From Kiloniellaceae bacterium (lineage in GTDB: Bacteria > Pseudomonadota > Alphaproteobacteria > Kiloniellales > J153): a DNA stretch of 64,000 nt. The stretch's first letter is position 1. Each line of letters begins with the position of its first letter. Position numbers and translations under genes: made by a program. Positions 38,963 to 47,950 of this stretch are shown piece by piece. The stretch lies in contig JAJFGL010000012.1 in the NCBI GenBank assembly GCA_021776135.1, positions 23,258-87,257 of the forward strand. The letters run 5' to 3'. The notes below the pieces were generated by a model. It was not told the DNA's origin, ran no database searches, and was given only the letters and a program-made list of their open reading frames with translations.

Positions 38963-40090
38963 TCAGGCCGCGATTTGGCGAAGCTTGGTAATTAAAAACT
39001 CGATATCGGAAGAACTGATATTCATCGTGGGGTCTGGGAAACGGGTCAAGACGCGCTCCAGCATTTTCTCGACATAGCGCTCCCGGTCATTGCTGCCGCC
39101 GTCGTAGTCGGTTTCAACCGCGAGGACTATCGCGGCACGAAACGCCGGATACAGCGTCTTCGGCAACTTGGCCCGTAAGTACAGGGATTCGAGCCCAAGC
39201 ATTCCCGCATCGTGGATCAGCAGTTGTACATTTTGTAACGGCAGACCCGTTAACGTCGCGACGGAACGTTCGAAGAACGCCAAGTCGCCCGTGCACAAGG
39301 CGCGCAAGAGCAACGAAGGCGTTAAGCCGTTCTTGCGATGAAGCTGAGCGATCAAGGTATCGAGTTCGTCATCGCTGGAGCCATTGTCCAGAAGGCTCAT
39401 GATGGCCCGTTCGCGAACCTGGAGGATGAGATTGCTTGCGATATCGGGCGACACGTCATGCTTATCGATCAGGTATTCATGCAAGCGGTCGGACATCGCG
39501 GCGACCACACGCTCTGAAATGGCGGGGGGAAGATCGAGCCGCCGGGTCAAGGAATCCGTCACCGCGGTGCTGCTTGAATAATTCTCCACGACCCGGTCGT
39601 AGGCCGTTTCGCTTATCCGCGCTCCTTCATTGCGCACCAGGCGCGCCACCGCTTCTTCGTTGCCGGTATCCACCAAGGCGTCGGAAACCTGCTCTGAGAC
39701 CTGGGGCCGTTGCGCGACAGCCGACTGTTTCGCGGCGCTCTCGCCGCGAACAATGGCGATCAGATCTTCATCGGTCAGAACATCGGAGACCTTGAGTAGC
39801 GGCAAGGCGACCGACTCCACATCCCGAGCCAAGGTAAGGGCGACATCGCGTGGCAAATCCGGGTTGGTCTTGAGGTGCGCGGACAAGGCTTGGCGCACGC
39901 GAATCTCGGCATCCGCCGAAAGGAGCCGGAAGATATCTTCCGCGATGCGCCGTTCCTTGTCGTTGAAGGCCGAGACATCGAAAGACTTAGCTATAGTGGT
40001 CGTGGTGGCGGCGCGCGCCTCGGGGGATGGATCGGAAAGCAGACGGGCAACATCGTCTTTGCTCAGCCATTGCGTGTTTTTTTCCGTCAT
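38963..40090 (-). CDS. DUF2336 domain-containing protein (paralog 2)
   Basis: ATG 40090 (MTEKNTQW, parallel to MTEEIVRQ of paralog 1). The ORF track extends to 40147. Confidence 0.8.
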   Translation of the reverse strand: MTEKNTQWLSKDDVARLLSDPSPEARAATTTTIAKSFDVSAFNDKERRIAEDIFRLLSADAEIRVRQALSAHLKTNPDLPRDVALTLARDVESVALPLLKVSDVLTDEDLIAIVRGESAAKQSAVAQRPQVSEQVSDALVDTGNEEAVARLVRNEGARISETAYDRVVENYSSSTAVTDSLTRRLDLPPAISERVVAAMSDRLHEYLIDKHDVSPDIASNLILQVRERAIMSLLDNGSSDDELDTLIAQLHRKNGLTPSLLLRALCTGDLAFFERSVATLTGLPLQNVQLLIHDAGMLGLESLYLRAKLPKTLYPAFRAAIVLAVETDYDGGSNDRERYVEKMLERVLTRFPDPTMNISSSDIEFLITKLRQIAA

Positions 40091-40199
40091 ATCGAACTGG
40101 CACCGTTTGTTTGGTTGCCCTGCGGCATCCGGAATGGCTCCGGTCATGGACCGGAAAAATACTCGCCTACCTCAAGGAATAGTATGACTTATGCCTGGT

Positions 40200-40214
40200 T
40201 AAGCTTAGTTTAAC
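40200..40214. promoter_or_regulatory. CtrA-type box TTAA-N7-TTAA, 110 bp upstream of DUF2336 paralog 2
   Basis: ttaagcttagtttaa read directly. Preceded by tagtatg, as at the paralog-1 site. Confidence 0.4.
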
Positions 40215-40248
40215 GGCTGTCTTCTAAAGAGATCAGGGCCCTTTCCAT

Positions 40249-40294
40249 GGGCCCGTAGGGCAGGAAAAAGGGGGCCCGTAGGGCAGGAAAAAGG
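40249..40294. repeat. 23-bp perfect tandem duplication (x2)
   Basis: gggcccgtagggcaggaaaaagg at 40249-40271 and 40272-40294, immediately 3' of the stop of the 40298-41056 gene. Confidence 0.9.
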
Positions 40295-40297
40295 GGC

Positions 40298-41056
40298 CTA
40301 ATTTCGCGCCAGCAAGGCGGCGGCGACGGCGCGCACCTGATCCTCGGCCGACACATCCATGTACGAGGTCACCTCCAGATCGCGATCCTCGTAAATGTCG
40401 CGATCCGGGTGCTTTTCGGCCCAGTCGGAGGTCGCGGCGTCGCGCGCGTCCAACAAGGTCGTGATCTGCGGCTTAAACAGGCAAATCATGGCCGTAATCC
40501 AGCGATTGACCGGCCAGGACGGCTGTGTGTGGTCTATTTTGAAGTAATCCAACAGGGTCTTGACGTCCTGGGCCGTGTACCAGACTTCGCCCGTTACCCA
40601 GCGGTTTACCGTAAACAGGCGAAATGGCAGGCCCTTGTTATCCATGGCAATGGCGATCAGGTGGCTCAGCGCGTCGTCCGGGTCTTCCGGGGCCTTGTAT
40701 CCCGCCACGGGCGCCGGCTTGACGCCCGGCGGCATGCCGCGCGGCCGAATGAAGGTGTGGAAATGGCCGTGCTCGTCGTCGAATCGCTCTTCGACCGGGT
40801 GCGCGTGGAAATAGTATTGACCGTGAGTTTCGCGGTCGTACACGTCGCCCGGCGGGTAATGATCCCATTCGTAAAAAGTTTCGTGGCTCTTAATCAACTC
40901 GCCAACGAGATTGTCGCTGGTTTTGGCCAGGGCACGGTAAATCTCCACGACCTCCCGTCCCGCCTCGGCCATGGATTCCAGGTCATCCCGATCCAAGCCA
41001 TCGAGGTTCAGGTCGAAATCGGTTCTATACCCGTGAAGAAAGCTATCGTTGCGCAT
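40298..41056 (-). CDS. conserved hypothetical protein (His-rich central region)
   Basis: 252-aa ORF with good coding character (YYFHAHPVEERFDDEHGHFHTF); family not recognised with confidence. Confidence 0.55.
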   Translation of the reverse strand: MRNDSFLHGYRTDFDLNLDGLDRDDLESMAEAGREVVEIYRALAKTSDNLVGELIKSHETFYEWDHYPPGDVYDRETHGQYYFHAHPVEERFDDEHGHFHTFIRPRGMPPGVKPAPVAGYKAPEDPDDALSHLIAIAMDNKGLPFRLFTVNRWVTGEVWYTAQDVKTLLDYFKIDHTQPSWPVNRWITAMICLFKPQITTLLDARDAATSDWAEKHPDRDIYEDRDLEVTSYMDVSAEDQVRAVAAALLARN

Positions 41057-41143
41057 GATTTGAATGTAGCCGCCGCCGCGGCGATGTGCGAGCCCTAAAG
41101 ACCAGGAATTCTATATGGATAAGGATTTTTACGGTCCCAAGTA

Positions 41144-42004
41144 TTACTCCGCGACGAGCCGAAATCCGATCAGGATGTGTTTGAGTTTGGCGGGCCGGCC
41201 ATGGCGCGCCGCGGGCCGGCAAACCCCGCATCCGGAATCGTCCCAGGAACCGCCCTTGACGATAAAACGCGCCCCGCCGGTGGCCGTCGCCGTCCACTCG
41301 AAGACCTGACCGGCGGCGTCCAGCAGTCCATAGGGGCTGGCCCCGCCAGGAAAGCTGTTCACGGGCAAGGTATCGAAGGGCCCCCGGTCGTGGCTATTCA
41401 AGAGTTCTGGCCGCCAGTCATCGCCCCAGGGGAAGCGGGCGCCCGCCGGCCCGCGCGCGGCCTTTTCCCATTCCCTCTCCTCCGGTAGCCGCCAAGTCCG
41501 CCCGGTCGTCTCCGATAGCCAGCGGGCATAGGCCCGCGCGTCCCCATGGGACACCAGAACCACGGGATGCGCCGCCCGTCCCGCTGGAAATCCGTCTTGA
41601 ACCCAGGCATGGCGGCGCGTCCGCTCGTAAGGGTGGATAAGACCGTAACCGCGCCAGGTCTTGGCATCGACGCCGGGCGCCGGATGCCCGGTGGCGGCGA
41701 TGAAAGCCGCGTATTGCGTGTTGGTAATCGGCGTTCGGGTAATCTTAAACGCGCTAAGCTCGCGCTTGGTTCGCTTGGCTTCGTTTTCGTACCACTTCGA
41801 TTTGCGCGTAACGCTATGACCGTAAGCGGCTTCGTCGAGCAGATAGGCGGCCTCCCGCTCCGCGCGGTCCGACCCGGCGATGTAGGGCCCGGCCGGAACC
41901 GCGATCAGGCCGGGAGCCTTCACCGGCGGCGGCGCGCCGTTCAAAGGCGAACAGGACACGGCAAGCAGCAAGACGGCAGGGACTATCCAATTCATGAAAG
42001 TCAT
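41144..42004 (-). CDS. formylglycine-generating enzyme family protein (SUMF1/EgtB/PvdO-type), secreted
   Basis: 286 aa; signal peptide ending in Cys; HPVVLVSHGDARAYARWL...RLPEEREWEKAARG...GGSW...IGFRLV. Confidence 0.85.
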   Translation of the reverse strand: MTFMNWIVPAVLLLAVSCSPLNGAPPPVKAPGLIAVPAGPYIAGSDRAEREAAYLLDEAAYGHSVTRKSKWYENEAKRTKRELSAFKITRTPITNTQYAAFIAATGHPAPGVDAKTWRGYGLIHPYERTRRHAWVQDGFPAGRAAHPVVLVSHGDARAYARWLSETTGRTWRLPEEREWEKAARGPAGARFPWGDDWRPELLNSHDRGPFDTLPVNSFPGGASPYGLLDAAGQVFEWTATATGGARFIVKGGSWDDSGCGVCRPAARHGRPAKLKHILIGFRLVAE

Positions 42005-42007
42005 TCT

Positions 42008-42874
42008 CTAGTCCCAGCCATAGCTGGCCAATAACTCGCGGGCGGCCGCCGGGCCGGCGAGCGGGCGGCCGACCGCCTTGGCAGTGGCGGCGGCGGCGGC
42101 CACCAAGGCGGCGTTATCGGGCGCGCGCGACCCATCCGCCAATAACATATTATTCTCAAAGCCGACGCGAACGTGGCCGCCGAATGCGGTGGCGGTGGCG
42201 GCGCAGGCCGCTTCCCGGGCGCCGAAGGCGCACACCGCCCAAGGATGCGCGGACTCGTTCGCGTTCAGGAAAGGCATGAGATCGCCCGGTTCAGAGACTT
42301 GTCCCGGCGTATAGCGGCCAAGAACGAAGAGCGCGAAGTGACGCCCCGGCGGCACGATCCCGCGCGCGATAAGATCGTCAAGGCGGTGCAGATCGTCGCT
42401 CGAATAGAGGATAAACTGGGGGAGTACGGCCTCGTCCCGCATCCAGGCAAAGAAGCCGGCCGCTTCGGTCTCGCGTTCGGCGCTGGGCACGATTTCGCGC
42501 ACCGACAGGCTGACAGCCTCGGGACGCAGTTCCCGCACCATGGCCATCTGCTGTTCCGGTTGGTAGATCCCGACGGCCTCCGAGGTAACCTGGATAATAA
42601 TATCCTGGCCCAGCTCACGGCGCACCGCCGCCATGGCCGCGCGGTAGGTTTCGGCGTCCAGGGTGTGCCCGCCCCGGCGGTCGCGCACATGGAGATGTAT
42701 CATGGCGGCGCCGGCTTCGGCGCAGGCGGCGGCGCAGGCGGCGATGTCGTCCGGGGTCATGGGCAGGGCCGGGTGATCCGCCTTGGTCTTGCGCGCCCCA
42801 TTGGGCGCGACCGTCAGGATCAAGGGATCCCAGGGTTTGGTTTCCGGCGCCGGCGCGCCCGCGGTTTCGCTCAT
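42008..42874 (-). CDS. 3-keto-5-aminohexanoate cleavage enzyme family (BKACE/DUF849)
   Basis: ATG 42874; ILTVAPNGARKTKADHPALPMTPDDIA...AAMIHLHVRD. Confidence 0.8.
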   Translation of the reverse strand: MSETAGAPAPETKPWDPLILTVAPNGARKTKADHPALPMTPDDIAACAAACAEAGAAMIHLHVRDRRGGHTLDAETYRAAMAAVRRELGQDIIIQVTSEAVGIYQPEQQMAMVRELRPEAVSLSVREIVPSAERETEAAGFFAWMRDEAVLPQFILYSSDDLHRLDDLIARGIVPPGRHFALFVLGRYTPGQVSEPGDLMPFLNANESAHPWAVCAFGAREAACAATATAFGGHVRVGFENNMLLADGSRAPDNAALVAAAAATAKAVGRPLAGPAAARELLASYGWD

Positions 42875-44220
42875 GCCGGCACGGCCGCATCCGGCAGTTC
42901 CGCGATCGCCGCATCCACCGCCGCGGCCAGTGTCTTGGCGATGCGTTCCACATGCTCGTCTTGCACAATGAAGGGCGGCGCCAGGAGAACATGATCGCCT
43001 TTGGCGCCGTCCAAGGTGCCGCCGCCCGGATAACACATGAGGCCGCGCGCCATGGCCTGGGACTTGATCCGGGTGTGAAGATGCAATTCGGGGGCGAAAG
43101 GCGTCATGGCGGCGCGCTCGGCCACCAGCTCGATACCGATGAACAGGCCGCGCCCGCGAATGTCGGCCACATGAGGATGATCGGCGAAGCCCGCGCGCAA
43201 AAACTCCCGCAGCCGGGCGCCCTGGACCCGCACGTTTTCAAGCAGGTCTTCGCGCTCGATCGCTTGTTGCACCGCGAGGCCGGCGGCGCAGGAGGTGGGG
43301 TGCCCGATATAGGTGAAACCGTGCTGAAAGAATCCCGTGCCCGTGGCGATGGCATCGTAAATCTTGCCCGACACCAAACAGGCCCCGATAGCCTGATAGC
43401 CGGCGCCCAAGCCCTTGGCGCAAGTCAGAAGGTCCGGGGCGATACCCTCTTGCTCGCAGGCATAGAGAGTGCCGGTGCGGCCCATGCCGCACATCACCTC
43501 GTCCAAAATCAACAAGATCCCATACTTGTCGCAGATCTCGCGTATACGCTTGAAATAGCCCGGAACCGGGGCGACGGCGCCGGCGGTCGCGCCGACCACG
43601 GTCTCGGCTATGAAGCCGATCACGCTATCCGGCCCCTGGACCAGAAGTTCTTTCTCCAGTTCGTCGGCCATGCGCCGGCCATAGTCTTCCTCGCTTTCCT
43701 GCGAGGGTTTGCCGCGGAAGGCGAAACAAGGCGGAATGTGGCTGACGTCGATCAGAAGCGGCTCGAACAACGCACGCCGCGCCCGGTTGCCGCCGGCGGC
43801 GAGCGCGCCCAGGGTGTTGCCGTGATAACTTTGCCAGCGGGCGATGAACTTGCGCCGTTGCGGCTGGCCGATTTCCACGACGTATTGGCGCGCCAGCTTC
43901 ATGGCGGATTCGTTCGCCTCGGACCCGCCGGAGACGAAAAGGACACGGTCAAGCCCAGCTGGCGCGCGCTCTATCAGATGCCTGGCCAAGTCTTCCGAGG
44001 GCGCATTGGTGAAAAACGAGGTATGGGCATAGGGCAGCCGGTCGAGCTGATCCTTGATCGCCTGGATGACAGCGGGGTGACTGTGGCCCAGGCAAGAGAC
44101 TGCGGCTCCGCCCGAGGCATCGAGATACCGCTTGCCGTCGCTGTCCACCACATAGACGCCGTCGCCCTTGACCGCGAGCGGATAGCTGTGACGGGTGTGC
44201 CTATGGAAAACATGCGGCAT
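42871..44220 (-). CDS. class III (omega) aminotransferase
   Basis: 449 aa; LDASGGAAVSCLGHSHP, LILDEVMCGMGRTG, TCAKGLGAGY (PLP Lys). Stop overlaps the BKACE start (ATGA). Confidence 0.9.
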   Translation of the reverse strand: MPHVFHRHTRHSYPLAVKGDGVYVVDSDGKRYLDASGGAAVSCLGHSHPAVIQAIKDQLDRLPYAHTSFFTNAPSEDLARHLIERAPAGLDRVLFVSGGSEANESAMKLARQYVVEIGQPQRRKFIARWQSYHGNTLGALAAGGNRARRALFEPLLIDVSHIPPCFAFRGKPSQESEEDYGRRMADELEKELLVQGPDSVIGFIAETVVGATAGAVAPVPGYFKRIREICDKYGILLILDEVMCGMGRTGTLYACEQEGIAPDLLTCAKGLGAGYQAIGACLVSGKIYDAIATGTGFFQHGFTYIGHPTSCAAGLAVQQAIEREDLLENVRVQGARLREFLRAGFADHPHVADIRGRGLFIGIELVAERAAMTPFAPELHLHTRIKSQAMARGLMCYPGGGTLDGAKGDHVLLAPPFIVQDEHVERIAKTLAAAVDAAIAELPDAAVPA

Positions 44221-44390
44221 GATCGGGGTCTCCTAACATGGGCTGTAATCGTGCGCGATCGTCCAATCCAGCAGGTTACACCGCATCGCCCCCCGGCGCG
44301 CAAGCCGGCGTTGTCGGAGAAGAAACCTCTTTGTAGTATCGTCGCCGCGGACGCTCGCCGATTCTTATTTGGACTGGGGAAAACACAACC

Positions 44391-44906
44391 ATGGATATTA
44401 GGGATCATATCCGAACGGTGCCGAATTTCCCCAAGCCGGGAATACTGTTTTACGACATCTCAACCCTGCTGATGCATGGACCTGCCTGGCAAGAGACCAT
44501 GGTGCAGCTTGAAGCGGCCGTGGCGCCCTATCGCCCCGATATTCTCGCCGGGATAGAATCCCGAGGGTTCCTGGTCGCGGCCCCCTTGGCGCTAAAGCTG
44601 GGTCTCGGCTTCATCATGGTGCGAAAGCAGGGCAAACTGCCCGGCGCCACCGTGCCCTATACCTACGATCTGGAATACGGCACCGACACCATTGAAATCC
44701 AGGCGGACGCGGTGCATCGCGGACAGAGGGTGGTAGTCCTCGACGATCTTCTGGCGACCGGCGGCACCATGGGCGCGGCGGTCGAACTGCTGCGTCAATG
44801 CGGCGCCGAGGTAAGCAGCGCCGCCTGCTTGATCGAGTTGGCATTTCTTAAAGGGCGGGAAAAGCTCGATATTCCGGTCACGACCCTGGTCAGCTACGAT
44901 GAGTAG
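44391..44906 (+). CDS. apt: adenine phosphoribosyltransferase
   Basis: 171 aa; [15 protein letters not shown] and [13 protein letters not shown]. Confidence 0.95.
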   Translation: MDIRDHIRTVPNFPKPGILFYDISTLLMHGPAWQETMVQLEAAVAPYRPDILAGIESRGFLVAAPLALKLGLGFIMVRKQGKLPGATVPYTYDLEYGTDTIEIQADAVHRGQRVVVLDDLLATGGTMGAAVELLRQCGAEVSSAACLIELAFLKGREKLDIPVTTLVSYDE

Positions 44907-44918
44907 GGCAGGACCGAA

Positions 44919-46421
44919 TTAGTCCCCGCCGCTGGTGCGCACGACCAGGCAATCTTGCCTGCCGGTACGAATTCGGGCGCAGAATTTCACCGCCTCGCTA
45001 AACCCGGGAAAAGGGCCGGTGCGCACCCGGATGACCGTGCCCTGCCGCGTCAGCTTGGTCTCGTGCAATTTAAGATCCATACCCGATAAAGCCTCGGGAA
45101 ACCGGGTTTGAAGCTTCCGCCATTCCCGCCGCGCGCCGTCGTGTGTCTTGACCGACGCCAACTGCACGACAAAATCCGAGCTTGGCGCGCCGGCCGAGGA
45201 TACCGGGGACGAGGGCCCGGCGGCATCACCCGGCTTGCGCACGGGGACCGGCGCGGTAATGGCGTTCTCGCTCTGGGTCGCTGCCGGTTTACGCACCGGC
45301 AGCGGCGCCAGGAGGCTACTATCGTTCTTCGGCGCCTTCGCCCCATCGCCGGCCGCCGGTGCTGTTTCGCTTGGCGCTAGCCCGGCTGGGGCCGTGTTTA
45401 AGTCTTCGGCTGCGGGTAGCTTCTTCGTTTCGGCGGTAATTTTGACCTTGCCCTGAACCGCCTTAAGAACCAGACCGAACTCGTGAGCCCCTTGCGGCAG
45501 GGGCCGGTCGGGAACGAAAACCCACTCGCCGGCAGCATCCGTTTTTACGGTGCCGATAGGCGTCCCATTGTCCAAAAGGATAAGCTCCGCGTTCGGCGCC
45601 GCGCGGCCCGCGATCACCGCGTCGCCATTCGGCTCGATCCGCACCAAATCGACGGAGGGCGCCGCCGATTCGGTATCGGCGGCGGCGCTTGAGGTTTCAC
45701 TGGAAATCTCAGGCTCTGATTCCGTGCCGGACGTTGGCGCCACCGCGCTGGTTTCTTCCTGAATGGCGGCGGGTTCCATCCTCTCCTGGCCCGCGCTGCC
45801 GGACGCGACGCGCGGTGCGGGCGTCTCGGCAACGAAGGACCACCAGGCGACGACGCCTATCAAGAAAACCGCGGCGGCGCCCCAGGCCATCCAATTCCGT
45901 TCCGCCGCTGGCGCGGCGGCCAGGGGCGTTGGCGAAGCTTCGCTGGAGACTTTGGCCCTGTCCAACGCCTCTAGCGGATCGGAATCCGATTCGGCGCCGG
46001 GGCTCCCAAGGCGCGGCGGCTTAACCTTATCCGGCTTTCCGGATGCGGCGGAGATATCTTGGGGCTCTGGCCCGGCGGCCGTCTCCTCGCCTCGATCCCC
46101 TCCGTTCGCCTTGCTTATCCGTTCCAGCAAGTGGGGCGAGACCAGTTCCCAGGTTTCGCTCCGTTCAGGCCGGCTCCGATGAAGAGCGAAGGGCAGTAAA
46201 CTGGCCGGTGGCGGGGGATCGTTCACGGGAAGGGTCGCTGTCCCGTCTTCAAGATCCGGCACCAGGGTAAGTTGCGCCGGCGGCGCCGGCACGGCGCCGG
46301 ATTCCGGCGTTTCGGTTTCGGTTTCGGCCTCGTCAAGCGCCGCCTTACGCAAGCCAAGCGGCATGGCGGCGCCCTTATTGGCCAGAAGTCCGCGCGAAGA
46401 GGATTGCCGTTGCAGGGTCAT
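44919..46421 (-). CDS. SPOR domain-containing, Pro/Ala-rich single-pass membrane protein
   Basis: 500 aa; TM helix WMAWGAAAVFLIGVVAWW and a C-terminal SPOR-like region FVVQLASVKTHDGARREWRKL...IRVRTGPF. The true start may be internal. Confidence 0.7.
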   Translation of the reverse strand: MTLQRQSSSRGLLANKGAAMPLGLRKAALDEAETETETPESGAVPAPPAQLTLVPDLEDGTATLPVNDPPPPASLLPFALHRSRPERSETWELVSPHLLERISKANGGDRGEETAAGPEPQDISAASGKPDKVKPPRLGSPGAESDSDPLEALDRAKVSSEASPTPLAAAPAAERNWMAWGAAAVFLIGVVAWWSFVAETPAPRVASGSAGQERMEPAAIQEETSAVAPTSGTESEPEISSETSSAAADTESAAPSVDLVRIEPNGDAVIAGRAAPNAELILLDNGTPIGTVKTDAAGEWVFVPDRPLPQGAHEFGLVLKAVQGKVKITAETKKLPAAEDLNTAPAGLAPSETAPAAGDGAKAPKNDSSLLAPLPVRKPAATQSENAITAPVPVRKPGDAAGPSSPVSSAGAPSSDFVVQLASVKTHDGARREWRKLQTRFPEALSGMDLKLHETKLTRQGTVIRVRTGPFPGFSEAVKFCARIRTGRQDCLVVRTSGGD

Positions 46422-47131
46422 AGAAAACCCGACCGCGCGGGGCCGCCGCTAGCCGCGAGTCTGCCGACCGGCGGCAGGGGCGGCAGAGAGGGCAGGGCCA
46501 CCGGCCGGGCAAAGCCCGATAAACGGCCGCTTAGATACCGCCACAATGCCAAAACTTCTTCCGCCGAGCGGGACTTGCCGGGCAGTTCCATCACCGTCCG
46601 TCCATCGATCATGCTGGCCGCGAAATCGACCCGCTGGTGGACGATCACCGGCGCCAGCATCCCGTACTGCGACAATATGGTTATCGCCTCGTTGGTGATG
46701 CGCGCCCGTGGCGCGGCGCCGTTCAAGACAAAAACCAGGGGCCGGCCCAGATGCTCGACCAGTTCAACCGTGGCCCCGAGCGAGAGTAAGTCATGGGGGC
46801 TAGGCCGGCTCGGTATGACAACGAGATCCGATAAGCGAATGACATCGGCTATAGCCGAGCTCAAAGCCGGCGGCGTATCGATCACCAGCAATTGTATGCC
46901 CAGATCGCGTAACCGCGCTATGTCGTCCGGCAGGTCCGGAACCGAGGTTTGGACAAAGACCGGGGTCTCGGCCACCCGCTTATTCCACCAATCGGCAAGG
47001 CTTCCCTGGGGGTCGGCATCAACCATGGCTACCGGGCCCGCGCCCGCAAGTTCTGCTTGAACCGCCAAGTGGCCAGCCAGAGTCGTCTTACCTGAGCCCC
47101 CCTTGCGTGAGGCGACCACAATCACTTTCAT
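46418..47131 (-). CDS. ParA/MinD-like ATPase (orphan)
   Basis: ATG 47131; deviant Walker A SRKGGSGKTT; VDADPQGS. Stop overlaps the SPOR gene start (ATGA, 46418-46421). Confidence 0.85.
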   Translation of the reverse strand: MKVIVVASRKGGSGKTTLAGHLAVQAELAGAGPVAMVDADPQGSLADWWNKRVAETPVFVQTSVPDLPDDIARLRDLGIQLLVIDTPPALSSAIADVIRLSDLVVIPSRPSPHDLLSLGATVELVEHLGRPLVFVLNGAAPRARITNEAITILSQYGMLAPVIVHQRVDFAASMIDGRTVMELPGKSRSAEEVLALWRYLSGRLSGFARPVALPSLPPLPPVGRLAASGGPARSGFL

Positions 47132-47329
47132 TCGACCACAACCCGCTGAAATAGGCCAAGAACCAGCCACAAGCGCCAGAATTTCCCCGCGCCTGCATTT
47201 GCAGCTTCTTCCAGCCAACACAATATATGTCACGCCGACCAGGAGACACTACAAGATATTGTTTCACTAGGGAAGCCTCGAACCGCGGAAATGAGTTGTT
47301 TTTCTACTTATAATCAAACCGCGGCGGCT

Positions 47330-47349
47330 AGGGCCTGTTGACACTTAAG
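47330..47349. repeat. solo terminal repeat of MITE family A
   Basis: agggcctgttgacacttaag matches the first 19-20 nt of the family-A terminus. No partner repeat nearby. Overlaps the tadA stop codon (47345-47347). Confidence 0.6.
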
Positions 47350-47821
47350 CGCCCCGGCGGCGCGAGAAAAAATTCTTGAGCATGGCCGCGCTTCTGGTTT
47401 CCTCAAGGCCGCCGAAAACCTCCGGCCGATGGTGGCAGGTCGGCTGCTCGAATATACGCGCGCCATGATCCACGCCGCCGCCCTTGGGATCGTAGGCGCC
47501 GAAATAGACCCGCCTTATCCGCGCCAGGGACATCGCCGCCGCGCACATGGCGCAGGGTTCGAGAGTCACATAGATATCCGCGTTCACAAGCCGTTTCCGG
47601 CCCAGCCGCCGCGCCGCCTCCCGAAGCACGAGCATCTCCGCGTGCGCGGTCGGATCGTGCTGGCTTTCGACCCGGTTGTGGTCGCGCGCCAAAACCTCGC
47701 CCGTAAGCCCGTCGATCAAGACCGCGCCAACCGGCACCTCGCCCAGTTCCACGGCCGCCCGCGCCTCTTGCAAAGCCATAGCCATGGGTGAAAGAACGCT
47801 CGAAGACGGGTGCGTGGACAT
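47345..47821 (-). CDS. tadA: tRNA adenosine(34) deaminase
   Basis: 158 aa; HAEM...and TLEPCAMCAAA zinc motifs. Confidence 0.93.
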   Translation of the reverse strand: MSTHPSSSVLSPMAMALQEARAAVELGEVPVGAVLIDGLTGEVLARDHNRVESQHDPTAHAEMLVLREAARRLGRKRLVNADIYVTLEPCAMCAAAMSLARIRRVYFGAYDPKGGGVDHGARIFEQPTCHHRPEVFGGLEETRSAAMLKNFFSRRRGA

Positions 47822-47836
47822 GGCCGCAGGGTACGC

Positions 47837-47884
47837 CCGGTCTTGTCTTAGATCAAAGCCCCGGTCTTGTCTTAGATCAAAGCC
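47837..47884. repeat. 24-bp perfect tandem duplication (x2)
   Basis: ccggtcttgtcttagatcaaagcc at 47837-47860 and 47861-47884, in the tadA/DUF3775 divergent spacer. Confidence 0.9.
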
Positions 47885-47950
47885 AAGGTCTGCCCGGTAC
47901 CGTAAATTCGTGGAAATTCGGATCGCGCAAGCAAGGATGGGGCAAGAACC

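Noticed and set aside
42952-44472. 506-aa plus-strand ORF
   Set aside because: It is antisense to the well-supported class III aminotransferase, and its composition is typical of a shadow frame.
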